From: an uncultured Phycisphaeraceae bacterium | GTDB lineage: Bacteria; Planctomycetota; B15-G4; JADJEK01 | Assembly: GCA_964649825.1 (NCBI GenBank) | Contig: CAZYQW010000086.1 | Location: 21,027 to 85,026 of the forward strand | Direction of reading: 5' to 3' | DNA length: 64,000 nucleotides | Shown here: positions 46,721 through 56,787 of the stretch, one piece after another | Layout of the letters: each line of letters opens with the position of its first letter | Numbering within the stretch: position 1 is the first letter of the stretch | The notes under the pieces: model-generated | The model's database searches: none | What the model was told of the DNA's origin: nothing | The model's input: the letters and a program-made list of their open reading frames with translations, nothing else | Program-made: the position numbers and the translations under genes

Positions 46721-47974
46721 GTGTCGTCACTATCGATCCGAGCATGCGTCCTGGCCGCGCTGTCCGCAGCCGTCGCGTCCGCCCATCCCGTCGATGTCGA
46801 CAAGGAGCTGTGGATCCGCGACCTGTCGGTGTTGGACGATCCGATCCGCACCGTCTACGTCGAGAACCCGCCTACCCCATCGCACGGCGCGTGGAGCTTC
46901 GGGCGCCTGATGGAGAACATGGCCGGCACGCACGACGTCTCCGACTTCGTCATCCACCTCTTCCAGGAGTACGAGACGACCCAGACGATCAACGGGTGGT
47001 CGATCCCGCCGCGGCCGGGCATGCTGCAGCAGGTCATCCAGCCGTGGATCGACGCGAGCAAGGCGAATGGCGTCAACGGTCTCGACTTCACCATCGCACC
47101 GTTCGCGCTGACCGGCATCGTCAACCGGATCGACCTGCGCGGGAACGGCTCGTACGGGACGACCACCAGCGGCGGCGAGGGTCGGATCATCTTCAGCGCG
47201 CTCACGGGCGGCTCCGCCACGATCATGACCGTCATCTTCGAGTACGAGCTGCTGGCCGACTCTTGCGAGGACGTCCTGGGGTGGGCCGAGGCGTGGCACG
47301 CGCTCGGCGCGATTCCGTTCGGCCCGGCCTATAACGCGGCGCTCGAAGACCTGGTCGACCGGTTCGCCGGCAAGAACGTCGCTCCCGGCCGGCCGAACGG
47401 CAGCGCGCTCGCCCAGTTCCGCAGCAACGAGCTCGCCGGCGAGTTCCCCTGGCAGTGGCGCGAGTTCCAGCTCACGCCGACCACCGGCTGGCTCGACCAG
47501 GTCACGGTGGCGCAAACGCCGCAGACCGTCATGAACCAGACCAAGGCGCTCCGGGACTACGTCAACCAGAACGAAGCGGCGATCTTGAACGGCACTCATC
47601 TGGTCCCCCTCCAGTTCCAGGCGGCGCCGTTCCGCGGCGGCAGCTCGGACGGCGAGGACAATGGGCTCCGCGCGCACTTCCGCGCCGAAGGGATCCTGAA
47701 CAACGACGCCCGACACCTGTTCTCGCTGAGTACGTGCGTCGCCTGCCACACGGACGAAACGGGGACCGGGTTCTTTCACGCGTTCCCGCGCTCACCGGGC
47801 CAGACGACGCTGCTGTCCGACTTCCTGACCGGCACCACGATCGCCGACCCGGTCGACCCGACGAAGAAGCGATCGTTCAATGACCTGAAGCGCCGCGTCG
47901 CCGACCTCGAGAAACTGTTGAAGTCGACATGCAGCGAGCTCGCGTCCGAGAAGCCGCTGCTGCGCGTGCACTGA
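46721..47974 (+). CDS. Secreted hypothetical protein with a single CxxCH heme-binding motif.
   Basis: An AGGAGG site sits 6 nt before the GTG. The signal peptide reads VSSLSIRACVLAALSAAVASA. The heme motif reads STCVACHTDETG. Its GC content is lower than that of its neighbours. Confidence 0.55.
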   Translation: MSSLSIRACVLAALSAAVASAHPVDVDKELWIRDLSVLDDPIRTVYVENPPTPSHGAWSFGRLMENMAGTHDVSDFVIHLFQEYETTQTINGWSIPPRPGMLQQVIQPWIDASKANGVNGLDFTIAPFALTGIVNRIDLRGNGSYGTTTSGGEGRIIFSALTGGSATIMTVIFEYELLADSCEDVLGWAEAWHALGAIPFGPAYNAALEDLVDRFAGKNVAPGRPNGSALAQFRSNELAGEFPWQWREFQLTPTTGWLDQVTVAQTPQTVMNQTKALRDYVNQNEAAILNGTHLVPLQFQAAPFRGGSSDGEDNGLRAHFRAEGILNNDARHLFSLSTCVACHTDETGTGFFHAFPRSPGQTTLLSDFLTGTTIADPVDPTKKRSFNDLKRRVADLEKLLKSTCSELASEKPLLRVH

Positions 47975-48065
47975 CCGCGCCCTTTACTTTCCGGATCCAC
48001 GTCGTTCGGCATCTGGACGCGGCGACCTCGACTGACCCAGCCCGGTTCCGTCCAATTCCGCGCCG

Positions 48066-49037
48066 TCAGCACGCGGCCGCCGCGTCCTTCGCGAAGTAGG
48101 TCAACACGAAATCCGCCCCCGCTCGCACGATCCCCGTGAGCGACTCCATCATCACCCGGTCGTGATCGAGCCACCCGTTCGCCGCCGCTGCCTTCAGCAT
48201 CGCGAACTCCCCGCTCACCTGATACGCGGCGATCGGCACGTCGAACCTCCGCCGCGCGTTGGCGATCACGTCGAGGTACGGCATCGCGGGCTTCACCATG
48301 ATCACGTCGGCGCCCTCTTCGACGTCGAGCGCGATCTCGGCCATCGCCTCGCGGCCGTTCGGCGGGTCCATCTGGTAGGTGCGCCGGTCGCCGAACCGCG
48401 GCGCCGAGTCGGCGGCGTCGCGGAACGGGCCGTAGAAGCCCGAGCAGTACTTCGCGGCGTAGGAGAGGATGGCGACGTCGTCGAAGCCGTTCTCGTCGAG
48501 CGCGCGTCGGATCGCGGCCACGCGGCCGTCCATCATGTCGGACGGAGCGACGACGTCGGCGCCGGCCTTCGCGTACGCGACGGCGGCCGCTGCGAGGCGC
48601 GGGAGCGTCGGATCGTTCAGGACTTCCTCCCCGCTCACGATGCCGCAATGACCGTGGTCCGTGTATTCGCAGAGGCACACGTCGGCTATCACGACCAGGT
48701 CGGGGCACTCGGCCTTCAGCGCGCGGATCGCCTGCGGCACGACGCCCTCGGGGTCGTCGGCACCGTTGCCGGCGCCGTCCTTCTCCGGCGGCAGGCCGAA
48801 CAGGATCACGCCCGGCACGCCCAGCTCGAACGCCTCGACCGCGTCCTCGACCAGCGGCTCGACCGATTGACGGTGGACGCCGGGCATCGACGGCACCTCG
48901 TGGCGCACCCCCTCGCCGGAGCAGACGAACTGCGGGTAGATGAAGCGATCGGGCGTGAGACGGGTTTCGCGCACGAGGCGCCGCACTCCTTCGGAGGCGC
49001 GCAGTCGACGCAGTCGTCGGTCGGGGAATCCCACCAT
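48066..49037 (-). CDS. hemB: Porphobilinogen synthase (delta-aminolevulinate dehydratase).
   Basis: The ORF starts at ATG 49037 and reads [25 protein letters not shown]. It contains [14 protein letters not shown], the SYAAKY Schiff-base lysine, and [10 protein letters not shown]. Confidence 0.9.
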   Translation of the reverse strand: MVGFPDRRLRRLRASEGVRRLVRETRLTPDRFIYPQFVCSGEGVRHEVPSMPGVHRQSVEPLVEDAVEAFELGVPGVILFGLPPEKDGAGNGADDPEGVVPQAIRALKAECPDLVVIADVCLCEYTDHGHCGIVSGEEVLNDPTLPRLAAAAVAYAKAGADVVAPSDMMDGRVAAIRRALDENGFDDVAILSYAAKYCSGFYGPFRDAADSAPRFGDRRTYQMDPPNGREAMAEIALDVEEGADVIMVKPAMPYLDVIANARRRFDVPIAAYQVSGEFAMLKAAAANGWLDHDRVMMESLTGIVRAGADFVLTYFAKDAAAAC

Positions 49038-49063
49038 GATCTCCTTTGCGAAGCGGACGATGA

Positions 49064-49831
49064 TCAGCGTTCGACGCGGCCGGCCCGAAGCGCGGCGTCG
49101 GCGAGCGCGGACAGCGCGGCGCTCGATGACGCGGCGGCCACTCGCACTCCGAGCCTCGCCAGCGCGGCCGAGGCGGTCCGGCCGAGAACCACCTGCCTCG
49201 ATCCGGAGAGACAGGCTCGCGCGCGCGCCGGACCGATCGCGGCGACGAGCGCGCTCACCGCCGAGCCGGACGCCCATGTCACCACATCGATGGTCTCGTT
49301 CAAGAGCTGCCGCTCCATCGCCTCCGCCGCGGCCACGCCGGCGAAGACGGTCCGGTACGCGATCACCTCGGTGACGAGCGCCCCGCGCCGCTCGAGCGCG
49401 TCGGGCAGCACGCGCCGCGCCTGGTCGCCGAGCGGCAGGAGGACGCGGCGTCCGCGGAGCGGGCCCGAGCGCTCGAGCGCACCGACGAGCCCGTGCGCGT
49501 CGGCGCGCTTCGGCACGATCGCGACGGTGAGACCGACGTCGCGAAGCCGTTCCGCGGTGCGCGCGCCGACCGCGGCGAGCGCCGGTCCGGCGAGCGATGG
49601 TGCGGGGCTCATGCGGCCGGCGGCCGCCAGGAGGGACTCCACCGCGTGGCGGCTCGTGAAGGCGACGAGGTCGAACGACGCGAAGGTTCGCGCCGCCGCG
49701 TCGAGCCGGGCGGGGTCGCGCGGAGCCGCGATGCGAAGCAGAGGATGCACGGCCACGACGGCGCCGCGGTCGGAGAGGAGGCGCGTCAGCTCGCCGTCGT
49801 CGTCGGGCCGGGTGACCACGACGACGGTCAT
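49064..49831 (-). CDS. hemD: Uroporphyrinogen-III synthase.
   Basis: The ORF starts at ATG 49831 and reads [19 protein letters not shown]...[12 protein letters not shown]. It sits in the hem operon between hemC and hemB. Confidence 0.7.
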   Translation of the reverse strand: MTVVVVTRPDDDGELTRLLSDRGAVVAVHPLLRIAAPRDPARLDAAARTFASFDLVAFTSRHAVESLLAAAGRMSPAPSLAGPALAAVGARTAERLRDVGLTVAIVPKRADAHGLVGALERSGPLRGRRVLLPLGDQARRVLPDALERRGALVTEVIAYRTVFAGVAAAEAMERQLLNETIDVVTWASGSAVSALVAAIGPARARACLSGSRQVVLGRTASAALARLGVRVAAASSSAALSALADAALRAGRVER

Positions 49832-50745
49832 CGGCCCCCTCCGCGCCGGAGGCCGGCGACGAGCGCGGCGCCGACCTCCGCCCCAACGCCGGCCGCGGCG
49901 GCGACGGCGCCCTCCAGCCCGCGCTCGACCCGCACCTCGAGATCCTCGCTGAACAGGACCGCGCGGAGCCGAAGGCGATCGCCGTCGACCTCGGCGTGCG
50001 CGCCGAGCGGCAACGAGCAACCGCCTCCCGCCGCGAGCAGCACGGCTCGCTCGGCCGTGACCGCCGCGCGGGTCCAGGGGTCGTCCAGCCGCTCGCGCAG
50101 GAACTCGGCGACCTCGTCGTCGCGCGACTCGACGGCCAGCGCGCCCTGGCCCGGAGCGGGAAGCACGACGTCGAGCGCGAACGTCTCGATCGCCTCGGCG
50201 CCGCGACCAAGCCGGTCAAGGCCCGCCATCGCCAGCACGATCGCGCCGAACTCGCCGTCCCGGAGCTTCCGGATCCGCGTGTCGACGTTGCCGTGCACCG
50301 GGACGAAGTCCAGATCGGGCCGCCGGAAACGCATCTGCGCGACGCGGCGCGGAGATCCGGTCGCGACGCGCGCCGCGGGGGCGAGCTCCGCGAAGCACGG
50401 ACCGTTCGAGAGCAACGCGTCGCGCGCGTCGGCCCGCGGCGGGATCGCCGCGATCGTCAACCCGTCCGGCACCTCGGCCGGGAGGTCCTTCAACGAATGG
50501 ACGGCGAAGTCGATCCGGCCGTCACGGAGCGCCTCCTCGAGCGCGCCGGTGAAGAGCCCCTTCGGCAGGGACCGGCCGGGCGCGATCGGATGTTCCTGCC
50601 GGCGGTCGCCCTCGGTTCTCACGAGGACCGTCTCGATCTCGATCGCCGGATCCGACGCACGGATCGCGTCGGCCACGTGGCCGGACTGCGTTCGCGCGAG
50701 CAGGCTTCCCCGCGTTCCGAGCCGGAGCCGCCGCGGTGCCGTCAC
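49828..50745 (-). CDS. hemC: Hydroxymethylbilane synthase (porphobilinogen deaminase).
   Basis: The proposed GTG start at 50745 gives [15 protein letters not shown]. The protein contains HSLKDLP and the cofactor Cys region [11 protein letters not shown]. Confidence 0.85.
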   Translation of the reverse strand: MTAPRRLRLGTRGSLLARTQSGHVADAIRASDPAIEIETVLVRTEGDRRQEHPIAPGRSLPKGLFTGALEEALRDGRIDFAVHSLKDLPAEVPDGLTIAAIPPRADARDALLSNGPCFAELAPAARVATGSPRRVAQMRFRRPDLDFVPVHGNVDTRIRKLRDGEFGAIVLAMAGLDRLGRGAEAIETFALDVVLPAPGQGALAVESRDDEVAEFLRERLDDPWTRAAVTAERAVLLAAGGGCSLPLGAHAEVDGDRLRLRAVLFSEDLEVRVERGLEGAVAAAAGVGAEVGAALVAGLRRGGGR

Positions 50746-52025
50746 TTCGACTCGTCCTCGTCGAGCTCGAACAGCTCGCGCAGCGTCTTGGCGAATCCAC
50801 CTAGACGCTCGCCGCCCCCCTTCAGCCGCCGCGTCGGGGTCTGGAGGAGCTTGTCGATCAGGACCCTCGAGAAGAGCTCGACGGACTCGTGGTGCTCCTT
50901 CGGGATCCGCCCGATCGCGCGCGCGAGCTCCCGGCCGCGGATCGAGTCGAAGCGTCCATGGAGCTGGCGGAGCAACGGGTCGAGCTCGCGCGCGGCGCCC
51001 CACCAATCCGCGAACGCCGCGAGCTCGCGCTCCACGAACCGCAGCACGCGCGGAACCTCGCCCTCGCGCCGCCGGCGCGTAGCGTCGGCGAGCGCCTCCA
51101 GGTCGTCGAGGTCGTAGAGGAACACGTCTCCGAGGTCGGCCGCGGCGGGATCCACGTTGCGCGGCACGCCGACGTCGATGAGGAGGAGGTGAGGTCCCTC
51201 GCGCCCGCGCATCGCGCGCGCGACGTCATCCGCCGCGAGGACGTAGTCGCCGCCGCTCGGCGCGGCCGCGGCCAGGACGATGTCGGCCTCGTGCAGGCGG
51301 CGGTAGGCGTCTTCGCGCGGCAGCGCGTGGGCGCCGATCCGCTCGGCGAGATGCGTCGCGCGCTCGATGCCGTGCCCCGTGATCCAGACCCGCGCGACGC
51401 GCCGCTGCTTCAACGCGCGCGCGACCGTTCCCCCCGTCTCGCCGGCGCCGATCAGCAGCACGGTCCGCCGCTCGAGGTCGTCGAACACCTTCGCCGCGAG
51501 GTCCACCGCGATCGACCCGATCGAGGCGGCACCGGCCGAGATCCGCGTCTCGGTGTGCGCCCGCTTCGCCACGCGGAACGACGCGGGGAACAGCCGCCGG
51601 AACGTGGGGCCGACCGATCGGAGCTCCACCGCCTCGTCGTACGCGTCGCGCACCTGGGCCAGGATCTGGGTCTCGCCGAGCACCATCGAGTCGAGCCCGG
51701 CCGCGACCGACAACGCGTGCGCCACCGCCTCTCGCCCGTCGAACGTCACGAACGTCCCGTCGGGAAGCTCGCGGCCCGGGTCCTTGAGGTCGCGGAACGC
51801 GTCGACCAAGCGCGCGGCCGGCAGCGCGTCCTCGGACCCCGGCTCACCGGCGGCGTAGACCTCCGTCCGGTTGCACGTCGACAGGACGACCGCCTCGCGG
51901 ACGCCGTCGACCCCGAGCACGCGCCGCGTCACCTCGGCCCGATCGGGGACGTCCAGGGCGACGCGCTCGCGCACCTCGACCGAGGCGGTGCGATGCGACA
52001 CGCCGACGACGGCGATGCTCCTCAC
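50742..52025 (-). CDS. hemA: Glutamyl-tRNA reductase.
   Basis: The proposed GTG start at 52025 gives VRSIAVVGVSHRTASVEVRERVAL. The protein contains the catalytic VLSTCNRTEVY, the NADPH motif LLIGAGETG, and GVPRNVDP. Confidence 0.85.
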   Translation of the reverse strand: MRSIAVVGVSHRTASVEVRERVALDVPDRAEVTRRVLGVDGVREAVVLSTCNRTEVYAAGEPGSEDALPAARLVDAFRDLKDPGRELPDGTFVTFDGREAVAHALSVAAGLDSMVLGETQILAQVRDAYDEAVELRSVGPTFRRLFPASFRVAKRAHTETRISAGAASIGSIAVDLAAKVFDDLERRTVLLIGAGETGGTVARALKQRRVARVWITGHGIERATHLAERIGAHALPREDAYRRLHEADIVLAAAAPSGGDYVLAADDVARAMRGREGPHLLLIDVGVPRNVDPAAADLGDVFLYDLDDLEALADATRRRREGEVPRVLRFVERELAAFADWWGAARELDPLLRQLHGRFDSIRGRELARAIGRIPKEHHESVELFSRVLIDKLLQTPTRRLKGGGERLGGFAKTLRELFELDEDESK

Positions 52026-52828
52026 GACGGGCTCCAGAACGGATGATCGGTGCGCCCGAGCGAGTAGAGCACGGCGATCATCAGGGTTCCCGCGAGAGGG
52101 ATCCACATCACGCGGATCCCGCGCCAGCCGAGCAGGAACCGGCTGAGGACGTCGGCCGCGAACAGCACCCACAACGCCGCGGCGAAAATCACCTTCGGGT
52201 CGCCCGGCACGCCGCCCTGGAAGGAGGCGAACGTGAAGAACCCGATGACGAGCCCGAACGTGAGCGCTACGAAACCGACGCGGACCGACACCGACGACTT
52301 CGTCTCGAGGGTCGAGAGGGACGGCAGGCGATCGAACCAGAAGCCGATCCGCCGCTGCTTCATGACGCGGTAGAGGATGTGGTACAGCAGGCTGTAGACG
52401 CCGGCGACCGCGAACGCCGCGTACGCGATCAGGACGAAGCCGCCGTGCAGCTCGGCGAACGCGCGCTCCCGTGGGCGCGGCGCCTGCGTCGGCGCGCTCG
52501 GCTCGATGAGCTGCCCGCCGAGGTCGAGCAGGCACGCGATGAGCACGAGGACCAGCACCTTCGCCTGATCGGTCGCGCCGGGGCGGAAGCCGAAGATCAG
52601 ATGGAGCGCGAGGAAGAGCGCGACGATCCCCATGCCGCCGCCGGTCCCCGACACCGGACAGAGGCCCGGCTCGAGGAAGGTGGCGACGCGCGTCACCACG
52701 GCGGCGACGATCAGGACGAGCACGGAGTAGCGCGAGACCGCGCCGCGACGTCGCAGGTCGAGCGCGGCGGCCACCGCCGCCGCCGCGAACAGGACGCTCG
52801 GAACGAACGTGGCCAACCGATCGATCAA
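52022..52828 (-). CDS. Cytochrome c assembly family membrane protein (CcsA/ResC-like). Its position corresponds to HemX of the Bacillus hemAXCDBL arrangement.
   Basis: The 268-aa polytopic membrane protein overlaps the hemA start by 4 nt. Its C-terminus is W-rich (FAAALWVLFAADVLSRFLLGWRGIRVMW). Confidence 0.65.
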   Translation of the reverse strand: MIDRLATFVPSVLFAAAAVAAALDLRRRGAVSRYSVLVLIVAAVVTRVATFLEPGLCPVSGTGGGMGIVALFLALHLIFGFRPGATDQAKVLVLVLIACLLDLGGQLIEPSAPTQAPRPRERAFAELHGGFVLIAYAAFAVAGVYSLLYHILYRVMKQRRIGFWFDRLPSLSTLETKSSVSVRVGFVALTFGLVIGFFTFASFQGGVPGDPKVIFAAALWVLFAADVLSRFLLGWRGIRVMWIPLAGTLMIAVLYSLGRTDHPFWSPS

Positions 52829-52912
52829 GGCTTCTCGTGCTCCGGTTCCGTGCGTGTCAGAACGGATAGAGCGTACGCGGCGCCCGTTCCCCGCGGTAGC
52901 GGGAAGCCGCGG

Positions 52913-53302
52913 TCAGAGCGGATCGACGACCGCCTTCAGCGCGCGCTCGGTGCTCGCGTGGACCGAGAGGAATCGATCGAGCTGCATCATGTGGAGAAGC
53001 TTCTGGACGAACTCGCAGACCCCCGCGATCGCCAGGGATCCGCCCGCGTCGGCGATCTGATGATGCATGGCGATCAGCGTCCCGACTCCGCACGAGTCGA
53101 TCCGCTCGACGGCCGACAGCTCGAGGACGAACGCGCGATGGCCCTCGAGCAGCGCGTCCGAGATGGACGTTCGGAGGCGCTCCTTCAGCGAGTCCGACAC
53201 GTCGTAGTTCAGAAAGCGGCTGCGCAGGATCACCTCGACCGCCGCGCCGTCCGCGACGACGCGGGTCGAGAATCCCGTCCCAGTCGAACCTTCCTGATCC
53301 AT
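52913..53302 (-). CDS. STAS-domain anti-sigma-factor antagonist (SpoIIAA-like).
   Basis: The ORF starts at ATG 53302. It reads FVLELSAVERIDSCGVGTLIAM, with the conserved phosphorylatable Ser in DSxG. Confidence 0.7.
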   Translation of the reverse strand: MDQEGSTGTGFSTRVVADGAAVEVILRSRFLNYDVSDSLKERLRTSISDALLEGHRAFVLELSAVERIDSCGVGTLIAMHHQIADAGGSLAIAGVCEFVQKLLHMMQLDRFLSVHASTERALKAVVDPL

Positions 53303-53424
53303 GGCCCCGATCTCCAATGGGTCCGAACCGCGAGCCGTTTCGCCCCCGAAACTGCTCTCGACTCTTCGGCCAGGAATGGATCGAAAACTGAGACCAAACT
53401 CGGGGGCTGATCCCGGTCGCGCCG

Positions 53425-55215
53425 TCACGCGACCGTGTCGGCTTCCTCGATCGGCACGTTCATCTGCCGGAAGATCTCCCGCGTGCGCGATCCGAGGAAC
53501 GCCCGCACTTCTCCCGTCGTGGAGAACGACATCACCCGCCGCGCGGCCGCCTCCGCCTCCTTCAGCGTGACGGCGCGGATCAGCCGGCCGACGCCGGTCA
53601 CGTAGTGCCGCGCCATCGAGAAGCGGCGCAGACCCAGCCCGAGCAGCACCAACGTGCAGTAGAAGCTTCCCGCCATCTCGCCGCAGAGCGATACCGGCTT
53701 GTTCACCGCCCGGGCCGCATCGATGACCATCTGCAGCGCCCGCAGCACGCTCGGATTCAGCGGCTGCGAGAGGTTGGCGACGCGAGCGTTGTTGCGGTCG
53801 ACCGCGAGCAGGTACTGGATCAGGTCGTTCGAGCCGATCGAGATGAAGTCCACCTCGCGCAGGATCGTCTCGACGGCCAGCACGGCGGCCGGCACCTCGA
53901 TCATCGCCCCGAGCGGCACGTTCTCCGCGGCGGGGATCGCGCGACGCCGCAGGTCCTTCTTCACGTCGTCGACGAGCGCCGAAGCGCGACGGACCTCGTC
54001 GACGGTGGTGATCATCGGCAGCATGATCCGCACGTTGCCGTGCGCCGACGCGCGCAGCAGCGCGCGAACCTGCGCGATGAAGAGGTCCGGCCATTCGTCG
54101 CTGATTCGGTAGCCGCGCCAGCCGAGCGCGGGGTTGTCCTCGTCCGACACGCGGAAGTACGGGAGACGCTTGTCGCCGCCGATGTCGATCGTCCGGAACA
54201 CCACCTCGCGCGGCGCGGCCCGCTCGGCCACCTTGCGGTAGACCTCGAACTGCTCGTCCTCGGAGGGGAACGACGCGCGGTCCATGTAGACGAACTCGGT
54301 CCGGTAGAGGCCGATCCCGGCGAGGTCGCCGAGGTCGTCCGGCATGACGTCGCCCGCGTTCTCGACGTTGACGAAGATCTCGACCTCGGTGCCGTCCTTC
54401 GTCACGGCGGGGAGCGCGGGCCCGGCCTCGAGGGCCTCGCGCATGCGATCGAGGAGCGCGGCGCGACTCCGGTAGCGTGCGAGCGTCTCGTCGGTCGGGG
54501 CGACGACGATCGTCCCCTCGCGACCATCCACGATCGTGCGCTGGCCGCCGTGCTCGACGAGCCGCTTCACGTCGCGCACGCCGGTGACGGCCGGAATACC
54601 GAGGGCCCGCGCGAGGATCGCGGCGTGCGACGCCTTGCCCCCCGTCTCCGTGATGATTCCGGCGAGACGGCGCCGGTCGAGACGAGCCGCGTCGGACGGA
54701 AACAGCTCCTTCGTCACGAGGATGTACGGGCTGTCGGGGGTGGCGGCGATCTCGTCGGCGCCCCGGCTCAGGTTCTGGAGGATCCGACGCCCTACGTCAC
54801 GGACGTCGGTGGCGCGGTCGCGCGCGAGGGGGTCCTCGAGCCGCGCGAACGCCGCGCTGTAGCGCCGCACGAGCGCCGACACCGCGGCCTCCGCGTTGAT
54901 CCCCTCGTCCCGCACCGCCTTCTCGATCTGCTCCTCGAAACCGGGGTCCTCGAGGATCTGCAAGTGGACGAGGAAGATCCGCGCGTCGTGCTCGCCGACC
55001 TTCTTGATCGCCTCCTCGCGGGTCCGCGCGAGGTCGCTCCGGGCGAGAGCCAGCGCCGTCTTCAGCCGCCTCAGCTCGCCGGGGATGGCGGCGGGCAGCA
55101 CGCAGTACGCCGGCGCGTCGAGGGGGAACGACTCGGCTACGGCGAAGACGGGGCCGATCCCGATCCCGTGCGAGACCGGAATGCCACGGATGATCTTCTC
55201 GCCGCCGCCCGCCAT
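53425..55215 (-). CDS. ptsI: Phosphoenolpyruvate-protein phosphotransferase (PTS Enzyme I).
   Basis: The phospho-His region reads GGKASHAAILARALGIPAVTG. The PEP-utilising motifs read GLYRTEF and SIGSNDLIQY. Confidence 0.85.
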   Translation of the reverse strand: MAGGGEKIIRGIPVSHGIGIGPVFAVAESFPLDAPAYCVLPAAIPGELRRLKTALALARSDLARTREEAIKKVGEHDARIFLVHLQILEDPGFEEQIEKAVRDEGINAEAAVSALVRRYSAAFARLEDPLARDRATDVRDVGRRILQNLSRGADEIAATPDSPYILVTKELFPSDAARLDRRRLAGIITETGGKASHAAILARALGIPAVTGVRDVKRLVEHGGQRTIVDGREGTIVVAPTDETLARYRSRAALLDRMREALEAGPALPAVTKDGTEVEIFVNVENAGDVMPDDLGDLAGIGLYRTEFVYMDRASFPSEDEQFEVYRKVAERAAPREVVFRTIDIGGDKRLPYFRVSDEDNPALGWRGYRISDEWPDLFIAQVRALLRASAHGNVRIMLPMITTVDEVRRASALVDDVKKDLRRRAIPAAENVPLGAMIEVPAAVLAVETILREVDFISIGSNDLIQYLLAVDRNNARVANLSQPLNPSVLRALQMVIDAARAVNKPVSLCGEMAGSFYCTLVLLGLGLRRFSMARHYVTGVGRLIRAVTLKEAEAAARRVMSFSTTGEVRAFLGSRTREIFRQMNVPIEEADTVA

Positions 55216-55224
55216 CGCTTCGCC

Positions 55225-56562
55225 TCAGGAGAGTCGGGTCAGCAGGAGGTCGGACAACCCGTCCAGGTTGACCCGCTCCTGCGCCATCGAATCGCGGTCG
55301 CGCAGCGTCACGCTGTTCGTCGCCGCGGTCTCGCCGTCTATCGTCACGCAGAACGGCGTGCCGATCTCGTCCTGGCGGCGGTACCGCCGACCGACCGCGC
55401 CCGACTCGTCGTAGAAAACGGTGAAGCGACGCCGCAGGTCCTCCTCGATCTGCCGCGCCCGCTCCGGCATCCCGTCCTTCTTGACGAGCGGGAAGACCGC
55501 GACCTTCATCGGCGCGAGCCGAGGGTGCAGGTGGAGGACGGTGCGCGCGTCCTTCTCGAGCTCCTCCTCCTCGTAGGCGTCGACGAGGAACGCGAGCGTC
55601 GCGCGATCGACGCCGGCCGCCGGCTCGATCACGTACGGGTGGTAGTGCGTCTTCGTCTGGTCGTCGAAGAACTTCATGTCGCGGCCCGAGTGCTCCTCGT
55701 GCTGCTTCAGGTCGAAGTCGGTGCGCGACGCGATCCCCTCGAGCTCGCTCCAACCGAACGGGAACTCGTACTCGACGTCGACGCACGCGTTCGCGTAATG
55801 CGCGAGCTCGTTCTGCTCGTGGTCGCGGATTCGCAGCTTCTCCTTCTTGATGCCGAGGTCGACGTACCACTGGAAGCGCTGGTCGCGCCAGTACTCGTAC
55901 CACTTCCTCCACTCGTCGGGCGGCGCGAAGTACTCCATCTCCATCTGCTCGAACTCGCGCGTGCGGAAGATGAAGTTGCCCGGCGTGATCTCGTTGCGGA
56001 ACGACTTTCCGATCTGCGCGATCCCGAACGGCGGCTTGACCCGCGAGCTGTTCAGCACGTTCGCGAAGTTGATGAAGATCCCCTGCGCGGTCTCGGGACG
56101 CAGGTAGCAGACCGCCGCCGAGTCCTCGACCGGGCCCATGTGGGTCTTGAACATCAAGTTGAACTGACGCGCCTCGGTGAAGTGCCCCGCCTCCTGGCAC
56201 TTCCGCGCGGCGCGGCCCTTGTACGCCTTGTTCGCGCACATCGCGTCGTCGAGGTGGTCCTCGCGAAAGCGGGCCTTGCACTCGCGGCAGTCGACGAGCG
56301 GGTCCGAGAACCCCGACACGTGCCCCGACGCGTTCCAGACCTGGGGGTGCTGCAGGATCGCCGAGTCGAGCCCGACGACGTCGGAGCGACGCTGGACCAT
56401 CGCGGTCCACCAGGCATCCTTCACGTTCCGCTTCAACTCGACCCCGAGCGGCCCATAGTCCCAACAGGACGCCTGCCCGCCGTAGATCTCGCTCGCCGGA
56501 AACACGAAACCGCGGCGCTTGCACAGCGAGACGATCTTGTCCATGACGTCCGGAGCGGGCAT
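55225..56562 (-). CDS. glyQS: Glycine--tRNA ligase (alpha2 dimeric type).
   Basis: An AGGAGAAC site precedes ATG 56562. The ORF reads MPAPDVMDKIVSLCKRRGFVFPASEIYGG. The class II motifs read FRNEITPGNFIFRTREFEQME and GVDR. GC content is lower here. Confidence 0.9.
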   Translation of the reverse strand: MPAPDVMDKIVSLCKRRGFVFPASEIYGGQASCWDYGPLGVELKRNVKDAWWTAMVQRRSDVVGLDSAILQHPQVWNASGHVSGFSDPLVDCRECKARFREDHLDDAMCANKAYKGRAARKCQEAGHFTEARQFNLMFKTHMGPVEDSAAVCYLRPETAQGIFINFANVLNSSRVKPPFGIAQIGKSFRNEITPGNFIFRTREFEQMEMEYFAPPDEWRKWYEYWRDQRFQWYVDLGIKKEKLRIRDHEQNELAHYANACVDVEYEFPFGWSELEGIASRTDFDLKQHEEHSGRDMKFFDDQTKTHYHPYVIEPAAGVDRATLAFLVDAYEEEELEKDARTVLHLHPRLAPMKVAVFPLVKKDGMPERARQIEEDLRRRFTVFYDESGAVGRRYRRQDEIGTPFCVTIDGETAATNSVTLRDRDSMAQERVNLDGLSDLLLTRLS

Positions 56563-56787
56563 CCGCGTTCTCCTGATGAAGGGTGATGAGGCGATGAAAG
56601 GATGATGAACGACGATGAGGGATGAAATCCAGCCCATGATTCAACGGTTCCGCGGTCGCAAAGCAAGCATCGCGGGCCGAGACGCACACGGACGCCGAGG
56701 CGTCCCCGTGCGCCGCACCGCTTCGACGCATTCCTGATCGCTCCGTTGGTTCGTACGATGTCCCGATTCGAACGCCGGAGGACGACC

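Noticed and set aside
46730-47779. 349-aa minus-strand ORF.
   Set aside because: Antisense to the secreted CxxCH protein gene, which has a ribosome-binding site and signal peptide.
48162-51082. 596-aa and 529-aa plus-strand ORFs.
   Set aside because: Antisense to hemB, hemD, hemC and hemA.
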